Shown here one piece after another: positions 8,955-19,738 of a DNA stretch of 64,000 nucleotides. Under the pieces are notes generated by a model. That model was not told the origin of the DNA and did not search any database. It was given only the letters and a program-made list of their open reading frames with translations. Where the stretch lies: contig BTQL01000004.1 of NCBI GenBank assembly GCA_036985855.1, positions 6,372 to 70,371 of the forward strand. Direction: 5' to 3'. Every line of letters starts with the position of its first letter. Positions within the stretch are counted from its first letter, which is position 1. The stretch comes from Acidimicrobiia bacterium. Lineage in GTDB: Bacteria > Actinomycetota > Acidimicrobiia > Spongiisociales > UBA5794. The position numbers and the translations under genes are program-made.

Positions 8955-9833
8955 GTGGCGACGAGCACGGCCAGTTTCGGTACCGGCAAGCGTGAAGGGC
9001 ACGATTCGTCCGGCTATTACGGCCGGCGGATGCATGCAGCCGGTCGCGATCGCGAGGTCGGCGAACTGGTCGATCCTCCCGCATCTGTGGTTGATCACCT
9101 GTTCCACGGGTCATCCGAGTCGATGCACCAGATTCCGGACAACTGCGTGGCGCTGATGGTGACTTCACCTCCGTACAACGTCGGCAAGGACTATGACGAG
9201 GACCTGGACATCGACGAGTACCTTCAGCTCCTCAACGGGGTGTTCACTGAAACGTTCCGGGTGCTTGAACCCGGCGGGCGGGTTGCCGTGAACGTTGCGA
9301 ACCTCGGCCGGAAGCCATACATCCCACTCAATCAGTACGTGTCGGCGCTTCTGACAGAGATCGGATTCGATCTGCGGGGCGAGATCATCTGGCAGAAGGC
9401 GAAATCTGCTGGAGGGTCATGTGCGTGGGGATCGTGGCAGTCCGCAAAGAACCCGACCCTGCGCGACATCCACGAATACGTCATCGTTGCTTCGAAAGGT
9501 TCGTACGCGCGGGTCAGGAGAGGTGAGGACACGATCTCAAAGGACGAGTTTCTCGACGCCACAGTTTCGATCTGGAACATTCTCCCGGAATCTGCACGGA
9601 GAGTTGGTCATCCGGCCCCGTTCCCCGTCGAACTTCCACGCAGGCTGATCGAGCTGTACACCTTTGAAGCTGACCTGGTGCTTGATCCCTTCCTCGGTTC
9701 GGGAACGACAGCCGTCGCGGCCGTGGAGTCCAGGAGGCACTACGTCGGTTATGAGCTCGATGCCGGATACATCGACATTGCCGAACGCAGGATCCACGAA
9801 GGGCGAACGGGGACTCGCTCGGTCCATCTCTGA
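8955..9833 (+). CDS. Beta-class DNA methyltransferase (N4-cytosine or N6-adenine), solitary
   Basis: Motif IV SPPY (MVTSPPYNVGKDY) precedes motif I (DPFLGSGTT), which is the beta-class order. No restriction endonuclease gene is adjacent. The true start is probably internal (MHAAG.. or MHQIP..). Confidence 0.8.
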   Translation: MATSTASFGTGKREGHDSSGYYGRRMHAAGRDREVGELVDPPASVVDHLFHGSSESMHQIPDNCVALMVTSPPYNVGKDYDEDLDIDEYLQLLNGVFTETFRVLEPGGRVAVNVANLGRKPYIPLNQYVSALLTEIGFDLRGEIIWQKAKSAGGSCAWGSWQSAKNPTLRDIHEYVIVASKGSYARVRRGEDTISKDEFLDATVSIWNILPESARRVGHPAPFPVELPRRLIELYTFEADLVLDPFLGSGTTAVAAVESRRHYVGYELDAGYIDIAERRIHEGRTGTRSVHL

Positions 9834-9834
9834 C

Positions 9835-10476
9835 ATGGCCCCGATCGAACGCGCCCTGTTGCGGACGGTGCCATGGCTGCTCGGCGGTCTCGTCCTGTCG
9901 ATACCCCTCCTCCTCGTGGACGTGGCAGGCGATCCGCTCGTCACTTTCACAGTGCAGCTCACCGTGCTCGTTGGATTCGGCTTGGTTCTCTCCCACGTCC
10001 TGGTGCGGCTTGGCACGGCTGAGTGGTTCATCGGAGTCTCGTGGAGCACTTTCGTGAGGCTGATCTCGAGTGGCATCGGGTTGGTCGTACTCGTGACGGG
10101 GACGGTTGGCCTCGTGACCCTCGCCTCCTCCGCTGCCCTCCGGTACGATCCGTCCGCACAGTTCCTGCAGCTGATCTCAGCTCTTGACATCGCGTGGGTA
10201 GGGGCAGCGATCACGATTGGGGCCTACCGCGCGTGGGGTCGAGCTTGGGCGGTGGTCGGCGGAGCGGCGGTAGGCGTTGTCTGCATTTGGTCGATCTGGA
10301 ACTATCTCGACCATGTTGGATTTGGTCAGAACGGTGAGTGGATCGTGTCGGCGCCGGACCTCACGCGCTTCGTGCTTCCGTATGACACGGTCGCTGCTGT
10401 CGCGGCCGTTTCGGTGTTCCTGATCGGTGTGCGCGCGAGAGCTCAGGCCACAGAGCAGCCAAGCCCCCAGTCGTAG
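9835..10476 (+). CDS. Integral membrane protein, function unknown
   Basis: About 6 TM helices. Its ATG overlaps the methyltransferase stop (TGACATGG). The track ORF is extended upstream to 9664. Confidence 0.45.
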   Translation: MAPIERALLRTVPWLLGGLVLSIPLLLVDVAGDPLVTFTVQLTVLVGFGLVLSHVLVRLGTAEWFIGVSWSTFVRLISSGIGLVVLVTGTVGLVTLASSAALRYDPSAQFLQLISALDIAWVGAAITIGAYRAWGRAWAVVGGAAVGVVCIWSIWNYLDHVGFGQNGEWIVSAPDLTRFVLPYDTVAAVAAVSVFLIGVRARAQATEQPSPQS

Positions 10477-11183
10477 GGCGTGAACACGACCTTCGGCTTG
10501 TGAGTCGTCACATGAGCAGCGTCATCGGTGTCGAACCATTGGCTGATTGCTGCAGCGAGCTCGGGAACCCTTGCCGGTCGTAAAGTCGGCATCTTGTGTG
10601 GGCGTACGAAGTCCCCGCCGTACCACTTCAGAACCCTTGTGAGGTGAAGGGTGTTGTTTGACTTTTCGAGCCTGCCTCCGCCGTTGGAAAGAAAGAACCG
10701 CATCTGGTCGTCGAGCTGCTCATCAAGGCGAGGTCCGTCGAACGGTTCGCTACGAAGGGTCGGACAAGACACGGAACCGCACACGAGTGCTCCGTGGATT
10801 CGGGGATCACCGAACCTGCGGATCTTGCCGTGTTCGATGTCATCGAGGGACATAGTCTCACCTGCCACGGTTGCCCATGGTGCGGAGAACGCCCCCGAAA
10901 CTCGTAACACAGAGTCGTAGTCGTGTGAGTACGCCTGGCCTGCCCGGTGGAGCGCCCCCGCGTTGTAGAGGTTGATCCAGTAAGCGAGAGACTCTCGTGG
11001 ATTGAGAGTGTCGGGGTCGATCGCAGCGAGCGCGTCTCGGTAGTCAGCCAGGTGTGTGCCTGCGTCGGCAAGCGACCGCACACCATGTTTCCGCATCTGG
11101 CCGAGGATTTCGGCGAGTGGTGCGTGATCTAGTTCATCGTGACCACTTGGTCGAGGTCGCCTCAACCGACGAGCGTACAGCAT
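10443..11183 (-). CDS. DUF547-domain protein
   Basis: Conserved block 'YWINLYNAGALHRAGQAYSHDYD...VCGSVSCPTLRSEPF'. The track ORF runs to 11489, but the N-terminal 100 aa are low-complexity; start probably M at about 11183. Confidence 0.55.
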   Translation of the reverse strand: MLYARRLRRPRPSGHDELDHAPLAEILGQMRKHGVRSLADAGTHLADYRDALAAIDPDTLNPRESLAYWINLYNAGALHRAGQAYSHDYDSVLRVSGAFSAPWATVAGETMSLDDIEHGKIRRFGDPRIHGALVCGSVSCPTLRSEPFDGPRLDEQLDDQMRFFLSNGGGRLEKSNNTLHLTRVLKWYGGDFVRPHKMPTLRPARVPELAAAISQWFDTDDAAHVTTHKPKVVFTPYDWGLGCSVA

Positions 11184-11274
11184 GTTCCATGCCGCGTGGA
11201 GAGGGTTCGGTCCGATGCTCACGGAGTGGAAACTCCCGGACCCGTGGGAGTGTTCCGGGAAAATGAGACCTACG

Positions 11275-12687
11275 TCAGCCGGACGCCGATTCGGGTATGG
11301 GCTCGGATGTTTCGGCGGAGCCTTCTTCTGGTGTCTTGAGCAAGCGAAGGATCGTGAATCCGACCACTCCCGCGACGAAGGATCCGAGGAAGATCCCCAA
11401 TTTGGCCTCGTCTGCGAGCAATACCTGGTTGAAGGCCAACTCGGTAACGAACAGGGACACCGTGAATCCGATGCCTGCCAGTGCGCCAAGCCCGACGATG
11501 GTCTTCATATTGGTACGCCTTGGCAACACACCAAGATTGAGTTTCAGCCCAAGCCATGTGGCCGCCGTCACACCCACGGGTTTGCCGACCATCAGACCAA
11601 CCGCAACACCGAGCGCGATCGGACTCGTGAGCTGTTCGCCGAGCCCTGTTCCTGTTCCGACGAATCGCACGCCAGCATTCGCTAGTGCGAACAGCGGAAC
11701 GATCACAAATGACGACCAGGGGTGGAGTGCGCGTTCAAGGCGGTTCAGCGGTGGCACCGAGGCCTTCGCCACCTCAGCCAGTTCGAGGGCATCATGGTCG
11801 AGACGCTCCACAGCGTGTCGTGCTGCTCGGTTGATGTCCCACCGTTCGAGAACGAGCACTGCTTTCTGCCTGAACTGCTCATCGGAGTACTTGGCATACA
11901 CGGGCGTCATGAGGCCAAGGACGACACCGGCGATTGTCGCGTGGACGCCTGATTCGAGAAACCCGTACCAGATGGCGAACGCCACAGGAACGTAGAACAA
12001 CATGCTCGAGACGCCGACCTTCTTCGCGAAGTGCATTGCGAGAAGCAGCACTGCGGCGAATGCCAGGTAGCCGAGATGGAGCTCGTCTGTGTAGAACACA
12101 GCGATCACAACGATGGCTCCAATATCGTCGACGATGGCCAGAGCAAGCAGGAACAGCTTCGCTCCGACCGATACTCGTGATCCGAGCAGGGCCACCACAC
12201 CAACGGAGAAGGCGATGTCGGTTGCCATCGGGATCCCCCAACCTCGCAGTGCCTCAGGGTTGCCGATTGGTGCAACGAAGGCGATGAAGATCAGGGCGGG
12301 TACGACCATGCCTCCGAGAGCGGCCAGAGCAGGGAGCGAGGCTTTCTTCACTGAGTTCAGCTCGCCGACCACGAGCTCCCGTTTGATCTCCAGACCGACG
12401 ACAAAGAAGAAGACGACCATCAGCCCATCGTTGATGAGGTTCTTCAGCGTCTCGTCGATCTCAATGATTCCTGCGGAGAATTCGATGGGCGTATTGAACA
12501 ACTCGAAGTACGCGTTGCTCCATGCCGAATTGGCCCAGATGATCGCGATCATCGCGGCGATCAACAGGACGATGCCACCGGCCGCTTCAACGCGTGTGAA
12601 CTCGATTACCGGGCGGATGAACCTGTGAGGCACGATTCGGTTGGATGAGAGCCATGTTTCATGGATGGGTTCATGAGGATTCGCCAT
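11275..12687 (-). CDS. nhaA: Na+/H+ antiporter NhaA
   Basis: 470 aa, 11-12 TM helices, NhaA signature 'GIPMATDIAFSVGVVALLG' and 'LAIVDDIGAIVVIAVFY'. Confidence 0.9.
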   Translation of the reverse strand: MANPHEPIHETWLSSNRIVPHRFIRPVIEFTRVEAAGGIVLLIAAMIAIIWANSAWSNAYFELFNTPIEFSAGIIEIDETLKNLINDGLMVVFFFVVGLEIKRELVVGELNSVKKASLPALAALGGMVVPALIFIAFVAPIGNPEALRGWGIPMATDIAFSVGVVALLGSRVSVGAKLFLLALAIVDDIGAIVVIAVFYTDELHLGYLAFAAVLLLAMHFAKKVGVSSMLFYVPVAFAIWYGFLESGVHATIAGVVLGLMTPVYAKYSDEQFRQKAVLVLERWDINRAARHAVERLDHDALELAEVAKASVPPLNRLERALHPWSSFVIVPLFALANAGVRFVGTGTGLGEQLTSPIALGVAVGLMVGKPVGVTAATWLGLKLNLGVLPRRTNMKTIVGLGALAGIGFTVSLFVTELAFNQVLLADEAKLGIFLGSFVAGVVGFTILRLLKTPEEGSAETSEPIPESASG

Positions 12688-12815
12688 GAAACCGCAAGCC
12701 TAGGAGACCGTTGATCAATACATGTTGGCCATCTCGACGGCACTCGCGATCATGGGCGACGACACCGGTCATGTGACGCGGCCGGTTACCATCGCCGCCA
12801 TCCGGAGGTGCTTTC

Positions 12816-13748
12816 GTGGGCGTGGACATTCTGAGAATCGTCGCTGGCCTCGTTGTCCTCATTCTCGCTGCCGATCGTCTCGTTCTCTCCGCCGTGCGCA
12901 TCGCCAAGGTCTACAACGTGTCTGTCGTCGTCATAGGCGCGGTGATTGTCGGGTTCGGAACGTCTGTGCCCGAGTTCGTGGTATCGGCAATCGCAGCGTC
13001 GGATGGGCGGACCGGGCTAGCCATGAGCAACGTGGTCGCCTCGAATACGGTCAACGTGACCCTCGTGCTCGGCGCATCGGCGCTGGTCGCGATGTTGGTG
13101 ACCAAACAAACCGTGGTGAGACGCGAAGGCCTCTTGATGCTTGGATCTGTCGTTGCGCTTGCAGCTGTTCTGGCGGATGGGTACGTCGGGGTTGGCGAGG
13201 GTCTTCTGCTGGCGACAGGAATGCTGGTGGCGATCTGGCTGCTCGTATTGTGGGCGAAGAACGGAACCGACAACTCTGGAGATGACCTCACCGACATCGT
13301 CGCGGATCCTGACAGGGTATGGATCGAGATTATCTACGGCATCGTGGCTCTTGTGGCGACCGTCGTCGCCGGCCAGCAATTGCTCGTTGGTGTCGTCTCC
13401 ATCGGGGAGACGATGGGCCTCTCCGTCGTGTTCATGGGCTTGATAACGGGTGTCGGCACAAGCCTTCCCGAGCTATCGGCTGCCCTTGCGGGAGCCAGAC
13501 GAGGTGCATCGGATCTTGTACTCGGCAACGTCCTCGGTTCCAACGTCTTCAATTCGCTCGGTGTGGCCGGGCTAGCGGCGATCATCGGTCCAGGCGTGGT
13601 TGATGGAGTACCAACGGTGCTGCTCGGATTGATGCTCCTGGCTGCTGTTTTCGCCGGTGTATTTGCGTATACATCCCAGCGAATCAACCGAATTGAAGGA
13701 TCCATCCTCATCGGTACATTCCTCATCTACGCGTACCTTTCGCTGTGA
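12816..13748 (+). CDS. CaCA-family Ca2+/Na+ (cation) antiporter
   Basis: Two internally repeated alpha-repeat regions (GTSVPEF.. / GTSLPEL..), the YrbG/NCX-type signature. It is divergent from nhaA. Confidence 0.85.
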   Translation: MGVDILRIVAGLVVLILAADRLVLSAVRIAKVYNVSVVVIGAVIVGFGTSVPEFVVSAIAASDGRTGLAMSNVVASNTVNVTLVLGASALVAMLVTKQTVVRREGLLMLGSVVALAAVLADGYVGVGEGLLLATGMLVAIWLLVLWAKNGTDNSGDDLTDIVADPDRVWIEIIYGIVALVATVVAGQQLLVGVVSIGETMGLSVVFMGLITGVGTSLPELSAALAGARRGASDLVLGNVLGSNVFNSLGVAGLAAIIGPGVVDGVPTVLLGLMLLAAVFAGVFAYTSQRINRIEGSILIGTFLIYAYLSL

Positions 13749-15490
13749 CGCCGTCAAACGAATCCGTGGTCGCGGCTCTTCGCCTGCTCGTTGCATACAC
13801 GAAGCTCGAAGATGGCCAGAGTCAATCGTTTCGAACTCGCGCGTATGAGAAGGCAATCGACGCCATCGCAGCAACATCGGAGCCCGTCGGGGAGATGTCT
13901 GTATCCGAGCTGACCAAGATCGATGGTGTCGGTGACAGTACGGCCCGCAAGATCGTGGAGTTCGCATCGAACGGGAGCATCGCCAAGGTAGAGCGGCTCA
14001 AGAAGCAGTTCCCTCCGACAATGCTCGACCTCATGCGCATTCCGGGCCTCGGCCCCAAGACCGTGCTTCTCCTCCAGAACAGCCTGGGGGTCGTGGACGT
14101 CCCTGCCCTCACCGAGGCGATCGAGAGACAACAGCTTCGGACGCTCCCTGGACTGGGGCCGAAGTCTGAAGCGAAGATCGCGCAGGCGATATCGCTCCTT
14201 GGCATCCACTCGGACGAGACCAGAACACCGATTGCTGAAGCCATGGATATCGCACGACGAGTCGTCGCGGAGCTCAAGGACGTCGAGGGTGTGCATACGG
14301 TGGACTACGCGGGCAGTCTGCGCAGGCTGACAGAAACCATCGGTGACGTCGATATCCTCGTCACAGCCGGAGCCGAATCGCCCGTGGTGGAACGATTTCT
14401 GGCGCTCCCTGGTGTTACAGCGGTCCTCGGATCTGGCTCGACGAAGGCTTCGGTGGTGATCGATGACCGAATGCAGGTCGATCTTCGCGTCGTACCCGAA
14501 GCTGCCTTCGGTGCTGCCCTTCTGTACTTCACCGGTTCGAAGGCCCATAACATCGCGTTGCGCCAACGTGCGCTCAACAGGGGTCTCACCCTCAATGAAT
14601 ATTCGCTCTCTGAGGTCGGAAGCGCAGCCGTGGTGGCCGCGTCGACCGAGGCCGATATCTACCACAGACTCGACCTTGCCTGGATCACTCCCGAGCTGAG
14701 GGAAGACACAGGCGAGATAGCTGCTGCTGATTCCGGTTCGCTTCCCATGCCGATAGCGGTTGGCGACCTGCGCGGTGATCTCCATGTTCACACTGACTGG
14801 TCCGGTGACGGTCGAAGCACCATCTCAGAGATGCTTGACACCGCCGTCTCGCGAGGTCTCGAATACGTCTCCATAACCGATCACGCAGAGAACCTCGCCA
14901 TGAACGGTCTTTCAAGGAAGCGCATGCTCGAGCAGCGCGCGGTGATCGAAGAGATGCGAGCGCACTATCCGGGCCTGACGATCCTGCACGGGGCGGAGTT
15001 GAATATCGGTGCAGATGGTTCAATCGACTATGACAGCGAGTTCCTTGCACGGTTCGATTTCGGTGTTGCGTCGATCCATTCTCACTTCGATCTCTCGCCG
15101 CAAGACCAGACAGATCGTCTGATCGCGGCGATACGTAATCCTGCCGTCAACGTGATCGGTCATCCAAGTGGTCGAATGATCGGCCGGAGACCAGGGGTCC
15201 CCTTCGATGGCGATGCGGTCTTCGAAGCGGCGGCTGGTTCAGGTACCGCGCTGGAGATCAACAGCCATCTCCACCGCCTCGACCTGCAAGCGTCTCACCT
15301 ACGTCGGGCCGTTGAGACCTCGGAAGTGATGTTCGCGATATCGACCGATGCGCACCACGCGTCGGCATACAGCAACGTGAAATGGGGTGCGGCCCTGGCC
15401 CGAAAGGGATGGGTTCCTCTGGGAAGGGTTGTCAACGCGCTCGAAACACAGACCTTTCTCGATTGGGTTGACAGAAAGCGGAACTCATGA
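13745..15490 (+). CDS. polX: Family X DNA polymerase with C-terminal PHP phosphoesterase domain (PolX)
   Basis: HhH motifs (LPGLGPKT), a Pol-beta-like nucleotidyltransferase core, and a PHP domain (HVHTDWSGDG...ITDH). The start is GTG and overlaps the upstream stop. Confidence 0.85.
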   Translation: MTPSNESVVAALRLLVAYTKLEDGQSQSFRTRAYEKAIDAIAATSEPVGEMSVSELTKIDGVGDSTARKIVEFASNGSIAKVERLKKQFPPTMLDLMRIPGLGPKTVLLLQNSLGVVDVPALTEAIERQQLRTLPGLGPKSEAKIAQAISLLGIHSDETRTPIAEAMDIARRVVAELKDVEGVHTVDYAGSLRRLTETIGDVDILVTAGAESPVVERFLALPGVTAVLGSGSTKASVVIDDRMQVDLRVVPEAAFGAALLYFTGSKAHNIALRQRALNRGLTLNEYSLSEVGSAAVVAASTEADIYHRLDLAWITPELREDTGEIAAADSGSLPMPIAVGDLRGDLHVHTDWSGDGRSTISEMLDTAVSRGLEYVSITDHAENLAMNGLSRKRMLEQRAVIEEMRAHYPGLTILHGAELNIGADGSIDYDSEFLARFDFGVASIHSHFDLSPQDQTDRLIAAIRNPAVNVIGHPSGRMIGRRPGVPFDGDAVFEAAAGSGTALEINSHLHRLDLQASHLRRAVETSEVMFAISTDAHHASAYSNVKWGAALARKGWVPLGRVVNALETQTFLDWVDRKRNS

Positions 15491-15515
15491 CGTCGCTGTT
15501 CCGTTGTAACCGCTG

Positions 15516-17063
15516 ATGCGGAAGGACACGATGGATTTCAGTGCGCGCCGTCGCTCGGCATGGTCGGGTACTGCTGGCGTTGCGGTGGCGCTCGGAGCTA
15601 CGGAACTCTTCGCAGGTCTCTCGAGCACTATTCCCTCTGCGATCTCGTCGATTGGCGCGGTGGTCGTTGAAATCTCCCCCGGATGGCTCGAGTCTTTCGC
15701 CATTGCAACGTTCGGTACCGCGGACAAGGCTGCGCTCGGCATCGGGATCTTCGTGACGGCGCTGATCGTCGGATGGTTCCTCGGCCGGGCGTCGACAAAC
15801 ACCCCCGTTCCGATCACCCTCGGGTTCCTTGGTTTTGCCGTGCTTGGCATTGCCGCAGAGCTCGCCGAGGTCGGCGCTGAAGCAGTTGTGGTGGTTTTGA
15901 CCACTCTCATATCTGCAACTGCAGGAGTACTCACCTGGTACGGCTTCAAGGAATGGACCGCAGCGCGAGACCACGAGATCACCGACACTGATGTCCCGAG
16001 CATCCAACGTCGCAGGCTGTTGCTTGCTGTTGGAGCAGCTGCCGTGGTGTCGACCGTGGCTGTCGGCATCGGGAGATCGATGATCAGATCGAGAGCAGAG
16101 GCCCAGATCGCGGCGCTCGAACTTCCGGAGCCCAAAGAGGTAGCGCTCGATCCTACGGAAGCGAACGACTTCGACCTTTCCGGCGTCCTGCCGATCGTCG
16201 TTCCGAGCTCGATCTTCTATCGGATCGATACTGCGCTCGTTGTACCGACCGTTGACCCCGATGATTGGACCCTCACGGTCCACGGCATGGTCGACAACGA
16301 GGTTGTGCTCTCGTACGGCGATCTGCTCGGCATGCCCCTGGTCGAGCGATACACGACGCTCTCGTGCGTGTCCAACGAGGTAGGGGACAGGCTGGTAGGC
16401 AATGCGCTTTGGACGGGAGTCCTCCTTACCGACATTCTCGAACAGGCAGGGGTCCAAGATGGAGCAGATCAACTCGTGGGACGATCCGTGGACGGGTGGA
16501 CCGCGGGGTTCCCGACCGAGCTCGCCTTCGACGGCCGTGATGCCCTGGTCGCCGTTGGCATGAACCGTGAGGTGCTACCGGCGAATCACGGCTTTCCTGC
16601 AAGGCTTGTCGTGCCCGGTCTCTACGGATATGTTTCTGCGACGAAGTGGCTCTCTGAGATCGAGCTGACAACGTGGGATGCGTTCGACGGATTCTGGATT
16701 CCGCGTGGCTGGTCGAAGGTGGGTCCGATCAAGACACAGTCGCGAATTGACCGCCCGAAGAATCGTTCGAAGATCGACGCCGGCAGATACACATTCGGAG
16801 GGGTCGCATGGGCTCCAACCCGCGGTATCGAACGCGTCGAAGTACAGATAGATGGGCGTCCATGGGAAGTTGCCGAGCTCACCGTGCCTCTATCGACCGA
16901 TAGCTGGGTTCAGTGGGCCTTCGAGGCAGACATCGAGCAGGGCGACCACACCGTTGCGGTGCGAGCGACGGATGGCAGCGGCGCGACCCAGCCAGAAGGA
17001 CCGGTCGCACCGAGGCCGAACGGAGCCGAGGGCTGGCACGCGATTCGATTCGTCAGCGCTTGA
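15516..17063 (+). CDS. Membrane-anchored molybdopterin-dependent oxidoreductase (sulfite-oxidase family)
   Basis: N-terminal TM helices, then an Oxidored_molyb core (YTTLSCVSNEVGDRLVGNALWTGVLL) and a C-terminal Ig-like dimerisation domain. Confidence 0.75.
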   Translation: MRKDTMDFSARRRSAWSGTAGVAVALGATELFAGLSSTIPSAISSIGAVVVEISPGWLESFAIATFGTADKAALGIGIFVTALIVGWFLGRASTNTPVPITLGFLGFAVLGIAAELAEVGAEAVVVVLTTLISATAGVLTWYGFKEWTAARDHEITDTDVPSIQRRRLLLAVGAAAVVSTVAVGIGRSMIRSRAEAQIAALELPEPKEVALDPTEANDFDLSGVLPIVVPSSIFYRIDTALVVPTVDPDDWTLTVHGMVDNEVVLSYGDLLGMPLVERYTTLSCVSNEVGDRLVGNALWTGVLLTDILEQAGVQDGADQLVGRSVDGWTAGFPTELAFDGRDALVAVGMNREVLPANHGFPARLVVPGLYGYVSATKWLSEIELTTWDAFDGFWIPRGWSKVGPIKTQSRIDRPKNRSKIDAGRYTFGGVAWAPTRGIERVEVQIDGRPWEVAELTVPLSTDSWVQWAFEADIEQGDHTVAVRATDGSGATQPEGPVAPRPNGAEGWHAIRFVSA

Positions 17064-17121
17064 CCCCCGACCGAATCGTCCCCGACGCTAGATCGTACGC
17101 TCGCTGAGTTCGCGTGCGGTC

Positions 17122-19686
17122 TCAGGGAACGAGCACCAGCGTTGCTTCTGCGTCGGCCTCGATGTCGTCCTTGGCCCATAACATCGGGACGGTCTCGCCT
17201 TTCAGCCAAAGCGGGGCCATGTCGATGTAGTGCTTGTTGTCGATATGACCTGACTGGCCCGTCGTATGGATTGCGCGTGATTGTGTCAGGTCGCCAAGGT
17301 CCACAAGCATGCGCATCGAAGGGAGCCAGTTGACGTCGTATCCCTCGGTGGCGTCCCATCCAACCGCATTCACCACAGATGTTGCTCCGCTTGCGGGGAA
17401 TGGACCGCGGTTGAAGCGATCTTCGATGATGCCGATCCCTGACTTCCCGAGAGTTTGGTTGACGAAGATCATGCGGTGCAGCTCGCCCCACGTCCAGCCC
17501 CCGACGTCTGACCCCATTCGGTCACGTGCTTCGCTGACTCCTGCGAAGAATGCGGCGACGATCATGTCATCTCTCGTCTCGACATCGGATGTGTTCACGT
17601 CGTCCCAGAACTCGTCCTCGGGATTGTCGACGAGGCTGTACATCACCTCGAACCAACGTGAACCGCCACTCGGGGCGATGTCTTCGGGTAGCTCGTCGTT
17701 GAACGTCAGATCGAGAAGGTTGCGCCAGGTCGTATTCCATACGGCGGCACCGGTGCTCTCCGCGAAGTTCTGGAGATCCCAGTCGAGTAGCTCGTTGAGC
17801 GCCTCGCTCTCGACATCCTCTAGATTGATTTCGCTCGCCTTCATCGCGGCCTCGAGGAACGGGATGATGCGTTGGGCGTTGAGGTCGTAGCTGTCGAATT
17901 GGATTGTTGCGTTCCCCTCGGTCCCGATACCAAAGTTCGACGTCACGAGATCAACGATCCTCCGTGCCCTGTAACCGTAGGACCAGTCCTTGGTGATCAG
18001 GTATGGATAGCTGCCATCGATCACTGCGTTGTTCGCGGTAACGATGTACCCAGACGGTGGGTTGAAGACATACGGGAGCTCTCCATACGGGATGAAACCC
18101 GTCCACTCGTACTCCCCCGACCATCCCGGAACCGGCAATGTTCCATCGCCTTTGGACCGGATAGGTATATTGCCGGGCATCTGATAGCCGATGTTGCCTT
18201 TGGTGTCCGCATATAGGAGGTTCTGTGAGGGAACTGCGAACAGCAACGCCGCTTCGCGGAACTCTTCGAAGTTGCTAGCAGTATTGATGCCGAGGATCGG
18301 GCCGGCGATCGAAGGAACCTCGTCGAGGGCTGTCCAGCGCATCGCGACCTCGAACTGTTCCGGTTTGGCTAGTCCGGTATCAGCGAAGTCATCGAGAGGT
18401 TCGTAGATGCCCGAGAGGATCGGTCCGTGGATAGTTGATCGCACCTCGATCTGAACGTCATCACCTCCCGCGACAGTGAGTGTTTCCGTACGGACGTCCA
18501 TATCGAGCCACTCGCCCCTGTATTCGTATTGGTTCGGATTCTCAGGGTTGATCTTCTCGATGTAGAGGTCCTGAACATCTGGACCGACGTTGGTGAAACC
18601 CCAAGCGATATCCGCGTTGTGTCCGATGATGACTCCGGGTACACCAGCGAAGGAGAACCCCGCAACGTCGTATGGGCAATCATCCGATACAGAATTGCAG
18701 TGCAGCCCTACTTGGTACCAGATCGAGGGCATCTGAGCCGAGAGGTGAGGATCGTTCATGAGGAGCGGACTCCCGGTGTCAGTGAACTTCCCTGCTATCG
18801 CCCATGAGTTCGAACCGATTCCGGATTCTAGATCTCCGCCGGCAATCCGAGAGAGAGCATCAATCGCATATGCTGCGGACCGAAGTGGAGTCTGAAGTGC
18901 CTCTGATGTGAGCACGGTCGCCCCGACTCCGCTCGCTGATGTCGAGCCCGAGTCCACGATATATGGATTTCGGTCGCCTGGGTATTCGGGATAGAGCTGG
19001 TCGACGCGCTCTGAGGACATCACCCCGAGGGCGAGTGCCCTTCCGATTTCGGCGCCGTGATTTCCGCTGAGATCCCACGACATCACCTTTCCCCACGCAA
19101 GTGATTGGGCGGGTGTCCATGGCTCGGGTGTGTAGTTGCGATTGGTGAGCTCGAGGATCGAGTACTCGAAAGACAGATCCGCCGGCGATTGTGTGGCGAG
19201 GTACGCGTTGACGCCGGCGGCGTAGGACTCGAGCAGCGACTTCAGCTCCGGCGTTTCGGAGGCGAATTGAGCCTCGGCCTGCCGACCCCAGCCCATCGTC
19301 CGCAGAAAGGCGTCGGTCTCGATCGAGTCTTCGCCGAACATCTCAGACAAAGTGCCATATGAGATGTGGCGCCAGAAGTCCATCTGATAAAAGCGATCCT
19401 GGGCGTGGACATAACCCTGGGCCATCATGAGGTCCTCGGCCGAATCTGCGTAGATGTGCGGAATGCCCAGCGAGTCGCGGATCACCGTAACCGACCCGGA
19501 CAGACCTTCGATCTGAATCGTCCCATCCACCTGTGGAAAGGCGCGGTGAACCGAGACCTGAGCGAATGCAATCGCAAGAACGACGAAGGCAACGAGCAGG
19601 CCAAGGAACGTCCATAGGAGTTTCTTGAAGACTCCTTTCTTCTTCGACTCGTCCCGATTCGGTAGCGTCGATTGCGAATCGCCCAT
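17122..19686 (-). CDS. Penicillin-acylase-family Ntn hydrolase (penicillin amidase / AHL-acylase-like) with N-terminal signal anchor
   Basis: Ntn autoprocessing site G|SNSWAIAG and pac-family motifs throughout. A hydrophobic anchor follows M at 19686. The track ORF extends to 19875. Confidence 0.85.
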   Translation of the reverse strand: MGDSQSTLPNRDESKKKGVFKKLLWTFLGLLVAFVVLAIAFAQVSVHRAFPQVDGTIQIEGLSGSVTVIRDSLGIPHIYADSAEDLMMAQGYVHAQDRFYQMDFWRHISYGTLSEMFGEDSIETDAFLRTMGWGRQAEAQFASETPELKSLLESYAAGVNAYLATQSPADLSFEYSILELTNRNYTPEPWTPAQSLAWGKVMSWDLSGNHGAEIGRALALGVMSSERVDQLYPEYPGDRNPYIVDSGSTSASGVGATVLTSEALQTPLRSAAYAIDALSRIAGGDLESGIGSNSWAIAGKFTDTGSPLLMNDPHLSAQMPSIWYQVGLHCNSVSDDCPYDVAGFSFAGVPGVIIGHNADIAWGFTNVGPDVQDLYIEKINPENPNQYEYRGEWLDMDVRTETLTVAGGDDVQIEVRSTIHGPILSGIYEPLDDFADTGLAKPEQFEVAMRWTALDEVPSIAGPILGINTASNFEEFREAALLFAVPSQNLLYADTKGNIGYQMPGNIPIRSKGDGTLPVPGWSGEYEWTGFIPYGELPYVFNPPSGYIVTANNAVIDGSYPYLITKDWSYGYRARRIVDLVTSNFGIGTEGNATIQFDSYDLNAQRIIPFLEAAMKASEINLEDVESEALNELLDWDLQNFAESTGAAVWNTTWRNLLDLTFNDELPEDIAPSGGSRWFEVMYSLVDNPEDEFWDDVNTSDVETRDDMIVAAFFAGVSEARDRMGSDVGGWTWGELHRMIFVNQTLGKSGIGIIEDRFNRGPFPASGATSVVNAVGWDATEGYDVNWLPSMRMLVDLGDLTQSRAIHTTGQSGHIDNKHYIDMAPLWLKGETVPMLWAKDDIEADAEATLVLVP

Positions 19687-19738
19687 GAGGCGGCATCGTA
19701 CCGGTCGCGGTGAAACCGTGTCGCCGTATGCTTGGCGC

